From: a virus
Length of the DNA stretch: 64,000 bases
Reading direction: 5' to 3' (one strand)
Virus record (IMG/VR): IMGVR_UViG_3300032241_002083
Coordinates: 1 to 64,000 of that record
This document shows, in pieces, positions 1-8,568 of this stretch (positions are counted from its first letter, which is position 1; every line of letters begins with the position of its first letter). The notes under the pieces are model-generated. The model did not search any database and was not told the origin of the DNA. It saw nothing but the letters and a program-made list of their open reading frames with translations. Made by a program: the position numbers and the translations under genes.

Positions 1-623
1 TAATCTCTATCTGAATCTTTTTCAACTTTTTCGAATGGTTGTCCGGAATGAGAAGATATAATATTATATAACTCTTTTTTGAGTTTATTTATTTCTCTTA
101 CGGAGATTTCCATATCAGATGCCTGAGTTCCACCTGGAATGCCGGACATTGGTTGGTGTATCATTACTCTTGAGTGTTTCAAAGCTGATCTTTTGCCTGT
201 AGCGCCAGCACACATAAGAACTGCACCCATTGAAGCAGCCATACCTGTGCAAATAGTAGCCACATCTGGTGTAACTAATTGCATAGTATCATATATACCA
301 AGTCCGGCATAAACTGAACCACCAGGAGAATTCAAATAAATTTGAATATCTTTCTTCTCGTCGGCTGATTGGAGAAAAAGTAATTGTCCTGTAACTATAT
401 TTGCTACTTGATCATTTATACCTGTTCCAAGAAAAATAATTCTATCCATCATAAGACGTGAGAAAACGTCCATAGACGCTACATTCATTTTTCTTTCTTC
501 GATGATATATGGAGTCATACCATAAATACCATTTACTACATCGTTTGTATGATTTTGATAATCATGTAAAGTAAGCGAACTTATGCCGAGATGTTTTACG
601 GCGTATTTGTTAAATTCATTCAT
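1..623 (-). CDS. clpP: ATP-dependent Clp protease proteolytic subunit (3' end beyond window)
   Basis: Not in ORF track. Manual translation from ATG at 623: MNEFNKYAVKHLGISS...MDVFSRLMMDRIIFLG...YLNSPGGSVYAG...GMAASMG...RVMIHQP, with catalytic Ser and His motifs. Confidence 0.95.
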   Translation of the reverse strand, partial: MNEFNKYAVKHLGISSLTLHDYQNHTNDVVNGIYGMTPYIIEERKMNVASMDVFSRLMMDRIIFLGTGINDQVANIVTGQLLFLQSADEKKDIQIYLNSPGGSVYAGLGIYDTMQLVTPDVATICTGMAASMGAVLMCAGATGKRSALKHSRVMIHQPMSGIPGGTQASDMEISVREINKLKKELYNIISSHSGQPFEKVEKDSDRD

Positions 624-649
624 AATTTTTAAACTTTTTTAGTTATTTA

Positions 650-657
650 CAAATTTA
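650..657 (-). promoter_or_regulatory. Bacteroidota-type -7 promoter element (TAAATTTG)
   Basis: Matches TAnnTTTG about 27 nt upstream of the clpP start. Confidence 0.6.
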
Positions 658-715
658 ACGAAAATTTCAGAATTAATAAAATTTAAAAAACATTTTATTT
701 TTCTTTATATAAAAT

Positions 716-724
716 TAATATATA
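716..724 (+). promoter_or_regulatory. putative late promoter TAATATATA
   Basis: The same 9-mer lies just upstream of many virion-type genes (also 2076, 2096, 6853, 12288, 15054, 24094, 29409, 39757, 42390, 47484, 50512). Confidence 0.6.
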
Positions 725-729
725 CTCTT

Positions 730-1095
730 ATGAAGTATTTAAAAGCTTACGAACAAGTTGATTGGAGTACAAAATTTGGAAAAGTAAAATCTCAAAAAGA
801 ATCTCAAATGAGGAATGCATCTAATGCCGATTTTAAGAAACAATTTTTTGAAGAATTTCCAAAAGGAACAGCTTTAATCTTTAAAGATAAAGAGTCTGAA
901 TATCATATTAATTTAGATGATATTAAATTTGTAGAAGACGGTTATAATTTAATTTTTAAAGCCGAAAATGGTCAAAAGATAGTAATTTCTAAACCATTTA
1001 ATTTAAGTACAGAAGATGCTGACAAAATATCTTTACTTCCAATTGAAATTACGCCGGAATCACAAGAATTAGTAGAAAAAATGTTAAGTAAATAA
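730..1095 (+). CDS. hypothetical protein with MKYLKAYE leader (putative head-internal protein)
   Basis: ORF track; shared N-terminal motif; TAATATATA upstream. Confidence 0.7.
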   Translation: MKYLKAYEQVDWSTKFGKVKSQKESQMRNASNADFKKQFFEEFPKGTALIFKDKESEYHINLDDIKFVEDGYNLIFKAENGQKIVISKPFNLSTEDADKISLLPIEITPESQELVEKMLSK

Positions 1096-1108
1096 AAAAA
1101 GATCTTTT

Positions 1109-2071
1109 TTATTTTATCATTATAGTACAATATATCCAAAATCCATTATCTGTTCTAACAGCCATTTTTAGATTTTCATGTCCTTTTAATTTTTGTAAAT
1201 ATTGTCTAAATTTCTCTTTTAATTCTTCAAAATTAATCATCTGCCCTTCATTCCAATTGCCGATTCCTTGATAACCAAATTCCATTAATCCATCAATTAT
1301 TTTATAACTTCTATTGTCAGTATTTCCTGGATGAAATTTATTCATATGATTATAAATTTGACTCATAAATTTAATTTTATCATTTGATAAATAAGCTAAT
1401 TCCCTTTTTAAATGAGCTGCTGAAGGTGAATCTAATAATTGTAACGAATTTAGTGCGGCTTTGTTTATTTTAAATTTACCAATAGAAATAACATCTCCAT
1501 TTCTAAATCCAAAATGAAATGTTAAATCAGTTTTAATACCAAAAAATAATTTTGGATTTTCAGGTATTTTATTTACAAATTTACTCAAAGAAGGGAAACG
1601 AGACATTCTACTTGTTAATTCTTCGTATTTTACAGGATATTCAAAAAATAAAATAAAATCATCTGGTATATTAGTCCAAGTTGCCGGAGTATCCTTTAAA
1701 CCAAGTGATGTAATTACTTTAAGAAATGTTGTAAATATATTTTTTCCCGCTTTTAATTCATTTGAATCTGATTCAAAAATGAAATCTTCATTAGTTAAAT
1801 CTACAAAGGTTCTAATACTTGTTTCTTTGCCAGTATCATTTAGGTAATCTGTAACTATTTTATAAATAGAAAACTTACTTGGTTTATCTAATACATTAAT
1901 TGTATTAGATATTCTGACAGTTGGATTTGAATTTTCTAAAAATGGTTTAATTAATTCTAAAATTTCTTCATTTCTTTCAGCTAAATTTTCAATCCATTCG
2001 CCTAAACTGTGGTGTTGATTTTCAATTTCTGAAATTGTTTCCTTTATAAATTCTAAATACTTTTTAAGCAT
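1109..2071 (-). CDS. hypothetical protein with MLKKYLEFIKE leader
   Basis: 320-aa ORF; TAATATATA upstream. Confidence 0.75.
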   Translation of the reverse strand: MLKKYLEFIKETISEIENQHHSLGEWIENLAERNEEILELIKPFLENSNPTVRISNTINVLDKPSKFSIYKIVTDYLNDTGKETSIRTFVDLTNEDFIFESDSNELKAGKNIFTTFLKVITSLGLKDTPATWTNIPDDFILFFEYPVKYEELTSRMSRFPSLSKFVNKIPENPKLFFGIKTDLTFHFGFRNGDVISIGKFKINKAALNSLQLLDSPSAAHLKRELAYLSNDKIKFMSQIYNHMNKFHPGNTDNRSYKIIDGLMEFGYQGIGNWNEGQMINFEELKEKFRQYLQKLKGHENLKMAVRTDNGFWIYCTIMIK

Positions 2072-2125
2072 ATAGTATATATTATTTTCCTTATTTAATA
2101 TATATGTTATAAAATAAAATACTTT

Positions 2126-2959
2126 ATGATAAATTATACAGTCTTTAATTTAAGCACAGTTGTTAATTCTACCAACTTACAAAATATGGTTAGAGCTATA
2201 AATATATATTTAACTACAGTTTGTAATGATTGGGGCTTGGCATCTACACAATTAGTTATAGGAAATTATAATTCACATATGTCATTACAAAATGATAGCA
2301 TATTTATATATGATAATACTGATCAAGAAGGAGCATTAGGATACCATTATGAAACTAATGGTAATGCTGTGGGTAGAGTATTTGCTGAAACTATATTAAA
2401 TTATGGTGGTGTAATATTGTATCAAAATTCAACAACATTTACTGTGGCTCAATGTTTGGCACACGAATTATTAGAAATGATTGGTAATCCAGAGACTAAT
2501 AAATGGTATTTAGATAATTATGGCAATTTATGGGCTGGTGAATTATGTGACCCAGTTGAAAGTAATTTAATAGTTTATACTTTACCTGGTAATATAAAGG
2601 TTGGTCTTTCTAATTATGTTTTACCAAAATGGTTTTCACCTGATTCAATTTCTGGGCCTTATGATAAACTTGGTGTTACTTCTTATCCATTTGAAATTGC
2701 TTCTGGGGGATATGCTATAGTTGTTGAAGATGTTTCAGGAGATGTTGTTAGTTTGTATGGTATGAATGAATTTACACAATCAACTATAAATGGTTATAAA
2801 ATGACAAATAATTCCATGATATATAATTATGGTTCTTCTTCAATTGTATATGGGGTAGGAACCTTTTCATCAGATAATAAATTATTAACATATCAAAGTT
2901 ATGAAAAAACAATAAACCCTAATAAAAGAGGTGTTGTTATATCTAAAAGAGTTAAATAA
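2126..2959 (+). CDS. putative zincin-like metallopeptidase
   Basis: ALGYH, AHELLEM (HExxE) and ELCDPVE motifs. Confidence 0.5.
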   Translation: MINYTVFNLSTVVNSTNLQNMVRAINIYLTTVCNDWGLASTQLVIGNYNSHMSLQNDSIFIYDNTDQEGALGYHYETNGNAVGRVFAETILNYGGVILYQNSTTFTVAQCLAHELLEMIGNPETNKWYLDNYGNLWAGELCDPVESNLIVYTLPGNIKVGLSNYVLPKWFSPDSISGPYDKLGVTSYPFEIASGGYAIVVEDVSGDVVSLYGMNEFTQSTINGYKMTNNSMIYNYGSSSIVYGVGTFSSDNKLLTYQSYEKTINPNKRGVVISKRVK

Positions 2960-2960
2960 T

Positions 2961-2984
2961 AAAAGCCGCTATATAGCGGCTTTT
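2961..2984. terminator. bidirectional intrinsic terminator
   Basis: aaaagccgct-atat-agcggctttt between convergent genes. Confidence 0.85.
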
Positions 2985-2985
2985 A

Positions 2986-3585
2986 TTATTTAACTATAAC
3001 CATAAGGTTTGAGTTATTTAATATATGTCCTAACCCAACACGAATTATATCACCAGTTTTTACTTGATAATTTATATCTGTAACTAAATTACCATTAATT
3101 GTTACTGATGCTTTTGTTATTATGGAAGTTGCCTTTGTTTCACTAGTATTAGTCATGGATGAAACAATATTTACCAAAGAATTAACCGAAACTTGTTTTG
3201 TTTTAGAACTAGGTTTAACGAAAAATTTATTTTGTTTCTTAACCACAGAAGCAAATGGATGACTTTGTGTCCCTACGCTATGTGTTCCAATATTTGCAAA
3301 TTTTGAAAAACTACTAGTAATTCCTAATTTATGTGATTGGGTGCCTATTAGATGTGCATAACTATATGTAGTAGTTAATACTTTACCATATTTTTCTGTA
3401 AATCCTGGATTTTGTATTTCTTTTGAAGAAAAATAGGCGTATAAAGCACTTTGTGTGCCATTATTACTAGCTGTTGAGGATACCCTACTACTATATGTAA
3501 ATCCTTTATAATGACTATTAGATGCTGATATATAAGCATTATAAGATATTGTTTGTGATTGTGTGTTACTCATTGTTAAATCCAT
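2986..3585 (-). CDS. S/T-rich protein with C-terminal S4-like RNA-binding domain
   Basis: SETKATSIITKASVTINGNLVTDINYQVKTGDIIRVG resembles the S4 motif; start may be the second Met (MSNTQ). Confidence 0.55.
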   Translation of the reverse strand: MDLTMSNTQSQTISYNAYISASNSHYKGFTYSSRVSSTASNNGTQSALYAYFSSKEIQNPGFTEKYGKVLTTTYSYAHLIGTQSHKLGITSSFSKFANIGTHSVGTQSHPFASVVKKQNKFFVKPSSKTKQVSVNSLVNIVSSMTNTSETKATSIITKASVTINGNLVTDINYQVKTGDIIRVGLGHILNNSNLMVIVK

Positions 3586-6500
3586 AATTTGTATTTTTTA
3601 AAGTTATTTCTAAATAAATTGTTCCTGCTGTTATAGCATCGCTTGTTATTTCAACAACTACTATATCACCTATAACACCTAATGATTTATGACCATTTGC
3701 TCCACCATTTCCTATGTCTGATACTAACACAAAATTTGAAGCAATATTAGAATGATGCAATCCACAATTAATAAAGGAAGACATACCTATATTAATAGTA
3801 GATGATGAACTGTGTGTCGTTATACTATTGCCATCCATTAATACTTTTTCAATATAAAACCCTGAAGGAATTGAATATGTTCCAATGTTTACTGTGCCTA
3901 CCGCCCCTTGTCCTAACAAGCCATTGAAAGTTGGTAATTGAAATTTATAAATTATTGTGTTTGAATTAAATAGTGTATATTGCGGAACATCATAATATGT
4001 ACTATTAAAATTAAACTCGGAACTAAACATATCTAAATTAGATATTTGATTTCCAACAAAATCATGTAATGATGATGATCTCATATAAATATCAGATAAA
4101 CCATTTCCTATATTTTGATTTAAATTATAGATTAAACTTGATTTCAGACTTGAAGAATATATACCACTTTGACTGAACCCAGAATCATGAATCCAAGAAT
4201 TAGATAATAATTCAAGATTTGCTAAACGGCTATCATATAAATAAACATTATATATCTTAGCGGAATTCATTATAACATCATAAATACCAGAACCATTATT
4301 ATCGTCATTAAAAGTATTATTATATATACCACTATTTATAATTAAAGAATCGTAAATACCGGAACTATTAAAATTATTATATGAAATACCTGGCGAACCA
4401 GAATTTGAACTATTACTATCTATCATTTTTATAGTAGTTATAGTAGAACCGTTTGTTAAATTATTATCATTTATACTACTATAATTCATTTCTACATTAC
4501 TTATACTAGAATAATTGCTGAAAGTATTTGTACCATAATAACTACCAATATAACTTTGGCCAATCATATTTGTATCTTGTATGCCGGAATTTGTAGCAAA
4601 ATTATTACCAAATATAGCAGAATCTTTCATATATACATTAGTAATACCACAATTACCTAAAAAATAATTACCTATTTCTTCAAATCCAATATCACTATTA
4701 TATAACTCACTATTATTAATAGTGGAGCCATTTAATAAAGTTGTTAAAAATATTATTGAATCTGATATTTGTAAATCTCCAATATATGAATAATTATCTA
4801 AAATATTAGAAAATATTGCGCTTTCTGACATTTGTATATTATATAAACCAGAATTATCAGTTATTGTCACGTTGTCTATATCTGAATCTGTTAATATTAT
4901 ATCAGATATAGAAGATTGTGTTCCTAAAGTATTGTTGTAAAACGATGAATCATTTTTTAGTTCTATTCTCCTTATATATGAGTTATCAGTTAAGATTAAA
5001 TCAGTAAAAGATGAAAAATTCGTTATATCAATATATTCGATATAGGATGAATCAACAACAACTATAGCATTATTACTGTTAAATCCACAATTTATGGTTG
5101 ATTCATTTTGTAAATTTATATTTGATATATTAGCACCACCAATTAAAAAATAAGACTCTACATTAATAACAGAGTAATTAGAAAGATTAATATTAGTCAT
5201 TGAGGCTTCATATAATGCAAAATTAGCACCAGGGCCATTTTCTCCAGTTGCATTTAAAATTATACCAGAATCATTTTGAAAATTAAAATAATCAAAAACA
5301 GAATTATCTAAGTAAATAAGACCATATTGTCCTGAGGAATTTCCGCTTATTGAAGAATTATTTGATAAAACCAAATTGCTTGTAGAAGAGTTATCAATAT
5401 AAATATACTGTAGATAAGAATTAGTATCTAGTGAGACATTATAAAGAGATGAATCACTATAACAATAAAAATCGTTTATATAAGAATAATTATCTAAACT
5501 TATATTATACATCTCCGATCCACTTATGCTGTAATTAGTATAATCTAAATCGCTATAAATATAACTTTCATTGTCTAATGTTATTTGACCAAAATAAGAA
5601 TCAGTTATACCAATATTGTATATATAGCTATCATTAGTAATAGTTATATCATTAATTTCTGAATTATATATTGAATTATATTCCGAACTATAAAAATAAC
5701 CTTCGTTTTCCATGTATATTTCATACACCTCCGAACCTATTATATCAATATTGTAAAAATAACTATTATTTTTTAACACTATACTATAAAATAAAGAATT
5801 TTTAATATAACAACTATAAATACCAGTATGTGAGTTATAACCATCAAGATAATTATTTGATATATCTATAGAATATACAGAACTGTTGTCTATTGTAAAA
5901 GATGATATATTAGCGCCATTAGATAAATTTATACCATAAAAATATGAATTATTTATTAACTGTAAATCAAATATAGAAGAAAAGTTATTTAAAGATACAC
6001 CGTTTATTTGACCACTAACATAATTTAAACAACCAAAATAAGATGAGTTAATTGTACAATTTGACACCCCTCCTCGTGAATATCTATGTCCCCATCTAAA
6101 CATTTGTATAGGACTAACATCACACCAGAAAAATCTAGTATCTGATTCCATTTTAACTAAATTATTATTAATCGCGTCATATCTTGAAACTATATAACCA
6201 CTATCACCTAAAACGCCTTCTGAAAATTCTGAATCCAGAGCAAAATCAAATTCAATTTCATCCCAAACAACATTATAATAATTACTATTAGTATAACTTA
6301 TTAAACTCCAATTTGTATTATCTAATTGAAAATAACTTTCGTTTGTGCCATAAGTTCCTGTTATATTTTGCCATATCTGTCCCCCAAAAATTACAACATC
6401 ATTTATATTATAAGTAGAAGCACCAGTATAATCCCAAACTGGATATCCAAATGATGTTGAAGTTTCAAAATTATAATCTAAATAAATTGGGTTATAAAAT

Positions 6501-6829
6501 TGCCCCCATCCATTTTTACTAAAATTATAACTATCTAATCCAACAAGTAAAACATTAGTTCCTAATCCAAATCCAAATGCGCTACCTGTACCATATAATG
6601 ATTGATTTGTATTTTGTATTAGATATGATTGACCTTGTACTACACCGCCACTTGACATTAGAACGAGTGATTGTGAAAAAGATAAAGGTATTGCACTAAT
6701 ATTACCATTTCCTGCTATATTTTGTAGAAATATAAAATTATCATCCATTTGTTCTAATGTCAATCTAGAATTAGATACAGTTGCACCCGAAGGTAAATTT
6801 TCATGAGGAACCCTTAATGTTAAACCCAT
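3566..6829 (-). CDS. putative tail fibre/spike, beta-helix-like repeats
   Basis: 1087 aa with about 11-residue N/S/I repeats (S-x-I-x-x-I-x-L-x-N-x). LTLEQMDDNF N-terminus typical of phage fibre proteins; W..TYNINDVVIFGGQIW resembles a small carbohydrate-binding module. Confidence 0.6.
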   Translation of the reverse strand: MGLTLRVPHENLPSGATVSNSRLTLEQMDDNFIFLQNIAGNGNISAIPLSFSQSLVLMSSGGVVQGQSYLIQNTNQSLYGTGSAFGFGLGTNVLLVGLDSYNFSKNGWGQFYNPIYLDYNFETSTSFGYPVWDYTGASTYNINDVVIFGGQIWQNITGTYGTNESYFQLDNTNWSLISYTNSNYYNVVWDEIEFDFALDSEFSEGVLGDSGYIVSRYDAINNNLVKMESDTRFFWCDVSPIQMFRWGHRYSRGGVSNCTINSSYFGCLNYVSGQINGVSLNNFSSIFDLQLINNSYFYGINLSNGANISSFTIDNSSVYSIDISNNYLDGYNSHTGIYSCYIKNSLFYSIVLKNNSYFYNIDIIGSEVYEIYMENEGYFYSSEYNSIYNSEINDITITNDSYIYNIGITDSYFGQITLDNESYIYSDLDYTNYSISGSEMYNISLDNYSYINDFYCYSDSSLYNVSLDTNSYLQYIYIDNSSTSNLVLSNNSSISGNSSGQYGLIYLDNSVFDYFNFQNDSGIILNATGENGPGANFALYEASMTNINLSNYSVINVESYFLIGGANISNINLQNESTINCGFNSNNAIVVVDSSYIEYIDITNFSSFTDLILTDNSYIRRIELKNDSSFYNNTLGTQSSISDIILTDSDIDNVTITDNSGLYNIQMSESAIFSNILDNYSYIGDLQISDSIIFLTTLLNGSTINNSELYNSDIGFEEIGNYFLGNCGITNVYMKDSAIFGNNFATNSGIQDTNMIGQSYIGSYYGTNTFSNYSSISNVEMNYSSINDNNLTNGSTITTIKMIDSNSSNSGSPGISYNNFNSSGIYDSLIINSGIYNNTFNDDNNGSGIYDVIMNSAKIYNVYLYDSRLANLELLSNSWIHDSGFSQSGIYSSSLKSSLIYNLNQNIGNGLSDIYMRSSSLHDFVGNQISNLDMFSSEFNFNSTYYDVPQYTLFNSNTIIYKFQLPTFNGLLGQGAVGTVNIGTYSIPSGFYIEKVLMDGNSITTHSSSSTINIGMSSFINCGLHHSNIASNFVLVSDIGNGGANGHKSLGVIGDIVVVEITSDAITAGTIYLEITLKNTNYGFNNE

Positions 6830-6867
6830 TTTTATAAATTAATTTGTTAAAGTATATATTAAATTAA

Positions 6868-8049
6868 TTAATTAATTAAAAATATTTGCGTTGCTGTTTC
6901 ACGATATGTAGTTATTTCTACATTTGTTTGTGTATCCACAACTGTCCATGTTGAATTATCATTAGAAATAGATAATGTCCAGCTAACTGGGTCTCTACTT
7001 GAAAAATCATTAGCAGTATTATAATAATAAGAATCAAAACTAATAGGAATTATATTATCAATATATAATGTTGTTAAATAACCATTATTAACAAAATTTT
7101 GATCACACCATTTTGTAGTTGGATTATTATCTAATAAATTAGATGGTCCTTCTGAACTATTCCAAACCCCATCTGGATTACTTATAGTTGCACCAATATT
7201 CCAATTTAAAATATTGCCTTCGTACATCAATACAAAATCTGACATTTGTGTACAGTTAGAGTCTGGTGAAGAACCACCAGCTGCTGCTGTTATTATTAAT
7301 CTAAAATATCTAGATACTTGTCCATTAGAATATCTAGTATTTATAGAATTAAAATTATTTAATATCTCAGTTTGTGATAAAACTTTATCGTAAATTCTTA
7401 CAATTGGTATATAACCATCTATATATTCAGCATAATCCCATCTTCTTCCTATATAAATACCAGAACCACTTGATATAGCTGGTGTATTACATGAAAGTGT
7501 TGAATAAGTATATCCGTTTAGATATAAATTTAAATTTTGTGTATCATATGTTAATGTAACATTATACCAATAATTTAAACTTAATGTAAATCCACCAGTA
7601 TAATACCAATTAGATGAAAAAAACCCACCATACATTTTTGTGTCCCATGCTTGCCCATTTATATTTGTGTTATCTAAAAATCCAATTGTATAATTTATCG
7701 TAGTTTCGGTATATACATTAGTTACAATTTGTGGATTTAAATTTGTTGATGGCAGCGAATTAAGATTAAACCAAGTATCAATTGTAAAAGTGTTTAATGT
7801 TCCTATATCATTACCAGATGCATATTGACTATAAGATGAATTAAAATATAATGAATTATTTTGGAATATTGGAGAATTTATAAGATTAAAAGTATTATTT
7901 TTTCCAGATATATCAAACCAATAACTACCTGTTCCTAAATAACTGGCAGTAAGACCGGCGTCTAAATATAACATCAATCCATATAAATTATTATTTTGTA
8001 ATATAAAACTAGTTAATGGCCCAGAAAAATTTGATAATTTACCTAACAT
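6868..8049 (-). CDS. LamG/concanavalin-A-like plus discoidin (F5/8C)-like virion lectin
   Basis: LYLDAG..SY.GTG..WFDISG, FTIDTWF, WYNVTLTYD...LYLNG, IYDKVLS; then LLDNNPTTKW and RDPVSWTLSISNDNSTW. Confidence 0.7.
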   Translation of the reverse strand: MLGKLSNFSGPLTSFILQNNNLYGLMLYLDAGLTASYLGTGSYWFDISGKNNTFNLINSPIFQNNSLYFNSSYSQYASGNDIGTLNTFTIDTWFNLNSLPSTNLNPQIVTNVYTETTINYTIGFLDNTNINGQAWDTKMYGGFFSSNWYYTGGFTLSLNYWYNVTLTYDTQNLNLYLNGYTYSTLSCNTPAISSGSGIYIGRRWDYAEYIDGYIPIVRIYDKVLSQTEILNNFNSINTRYSNGQVSRYFRLIITAAAGGSSPDSNCTQMSDFVLMYEGNILNWNIGATISNPDGVWNSSEGPSNLLDNNPTTKWCDQNFVNNGYLTTLYIDNIIPISFDSYYYNTANDFSSRDPVSWTLSISNDNSTWTVVDTQTNVEITTYRETATQIFLIN

Positions 8050-8052
8050 ATT

Positions 8053-8568
8053 TTATATATTAAATAAATCTATAACTAAATTAATTTTATCTCGCAAATA
8101 TCCAGCATCTTTTACCCAAAATCCATCAACTTGTAAATGGTTATTTGTATAATTTTTTTCTTTGAAATAAATATCAAGATTTAAATCATCAATTGCCAAC
8201 CATTTTTCGGGTATATTTGCTTCTACATATAAAAGTATTTCTTGACTCCTTAATTTTATTCTATCTTCAGTAGATATATTATATGATAATCCAAATTTTA
8301 ATGTTGTGAAATCTATTAAATGATTTGGATTTATAAAATAATAATCAAATATTTTTTTTATTTGTAAAAAAGAATATTTGAATCTCCAATCAGAGCTTAA
8401 TACCAATTTACTATTTGTATTTTCTACCATTGTATTTAATGCTTTACAATCTTCTATATTCCAACTATAAGGTATTTTAAACTCTGAATTTCCTTTTTCA
8501 ATTATAACTTCATTTCTTGGTTGATTAAATGATAATGGGCCATCAATGTCTATAAAAATTATATTCAT
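8053..8568 (-). CDS. HAD-family phosphatase (Swiss-Army-knife RNA-repair type)
   Basis: IFIDIDGPL (DxDG), VLSSDWR, WLAIDD. Confidence 0.75.
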   Translation of the reverse strand: MNIIFIDIDGPLSFNQPRNEVIIEKGNSEFKIPYSWNIEDCKALNTMVENTNSKLVLSSDWRFKYSFLQIKKIFDYYFINPNHLIDFTTLKFGLSYNISTEDRIKLRSQEILLYVEANIPEKWLAIDDLNLDIYFKEKNYTNNHLQVDGFWVKDAGYLRDKINLVIDLFNI

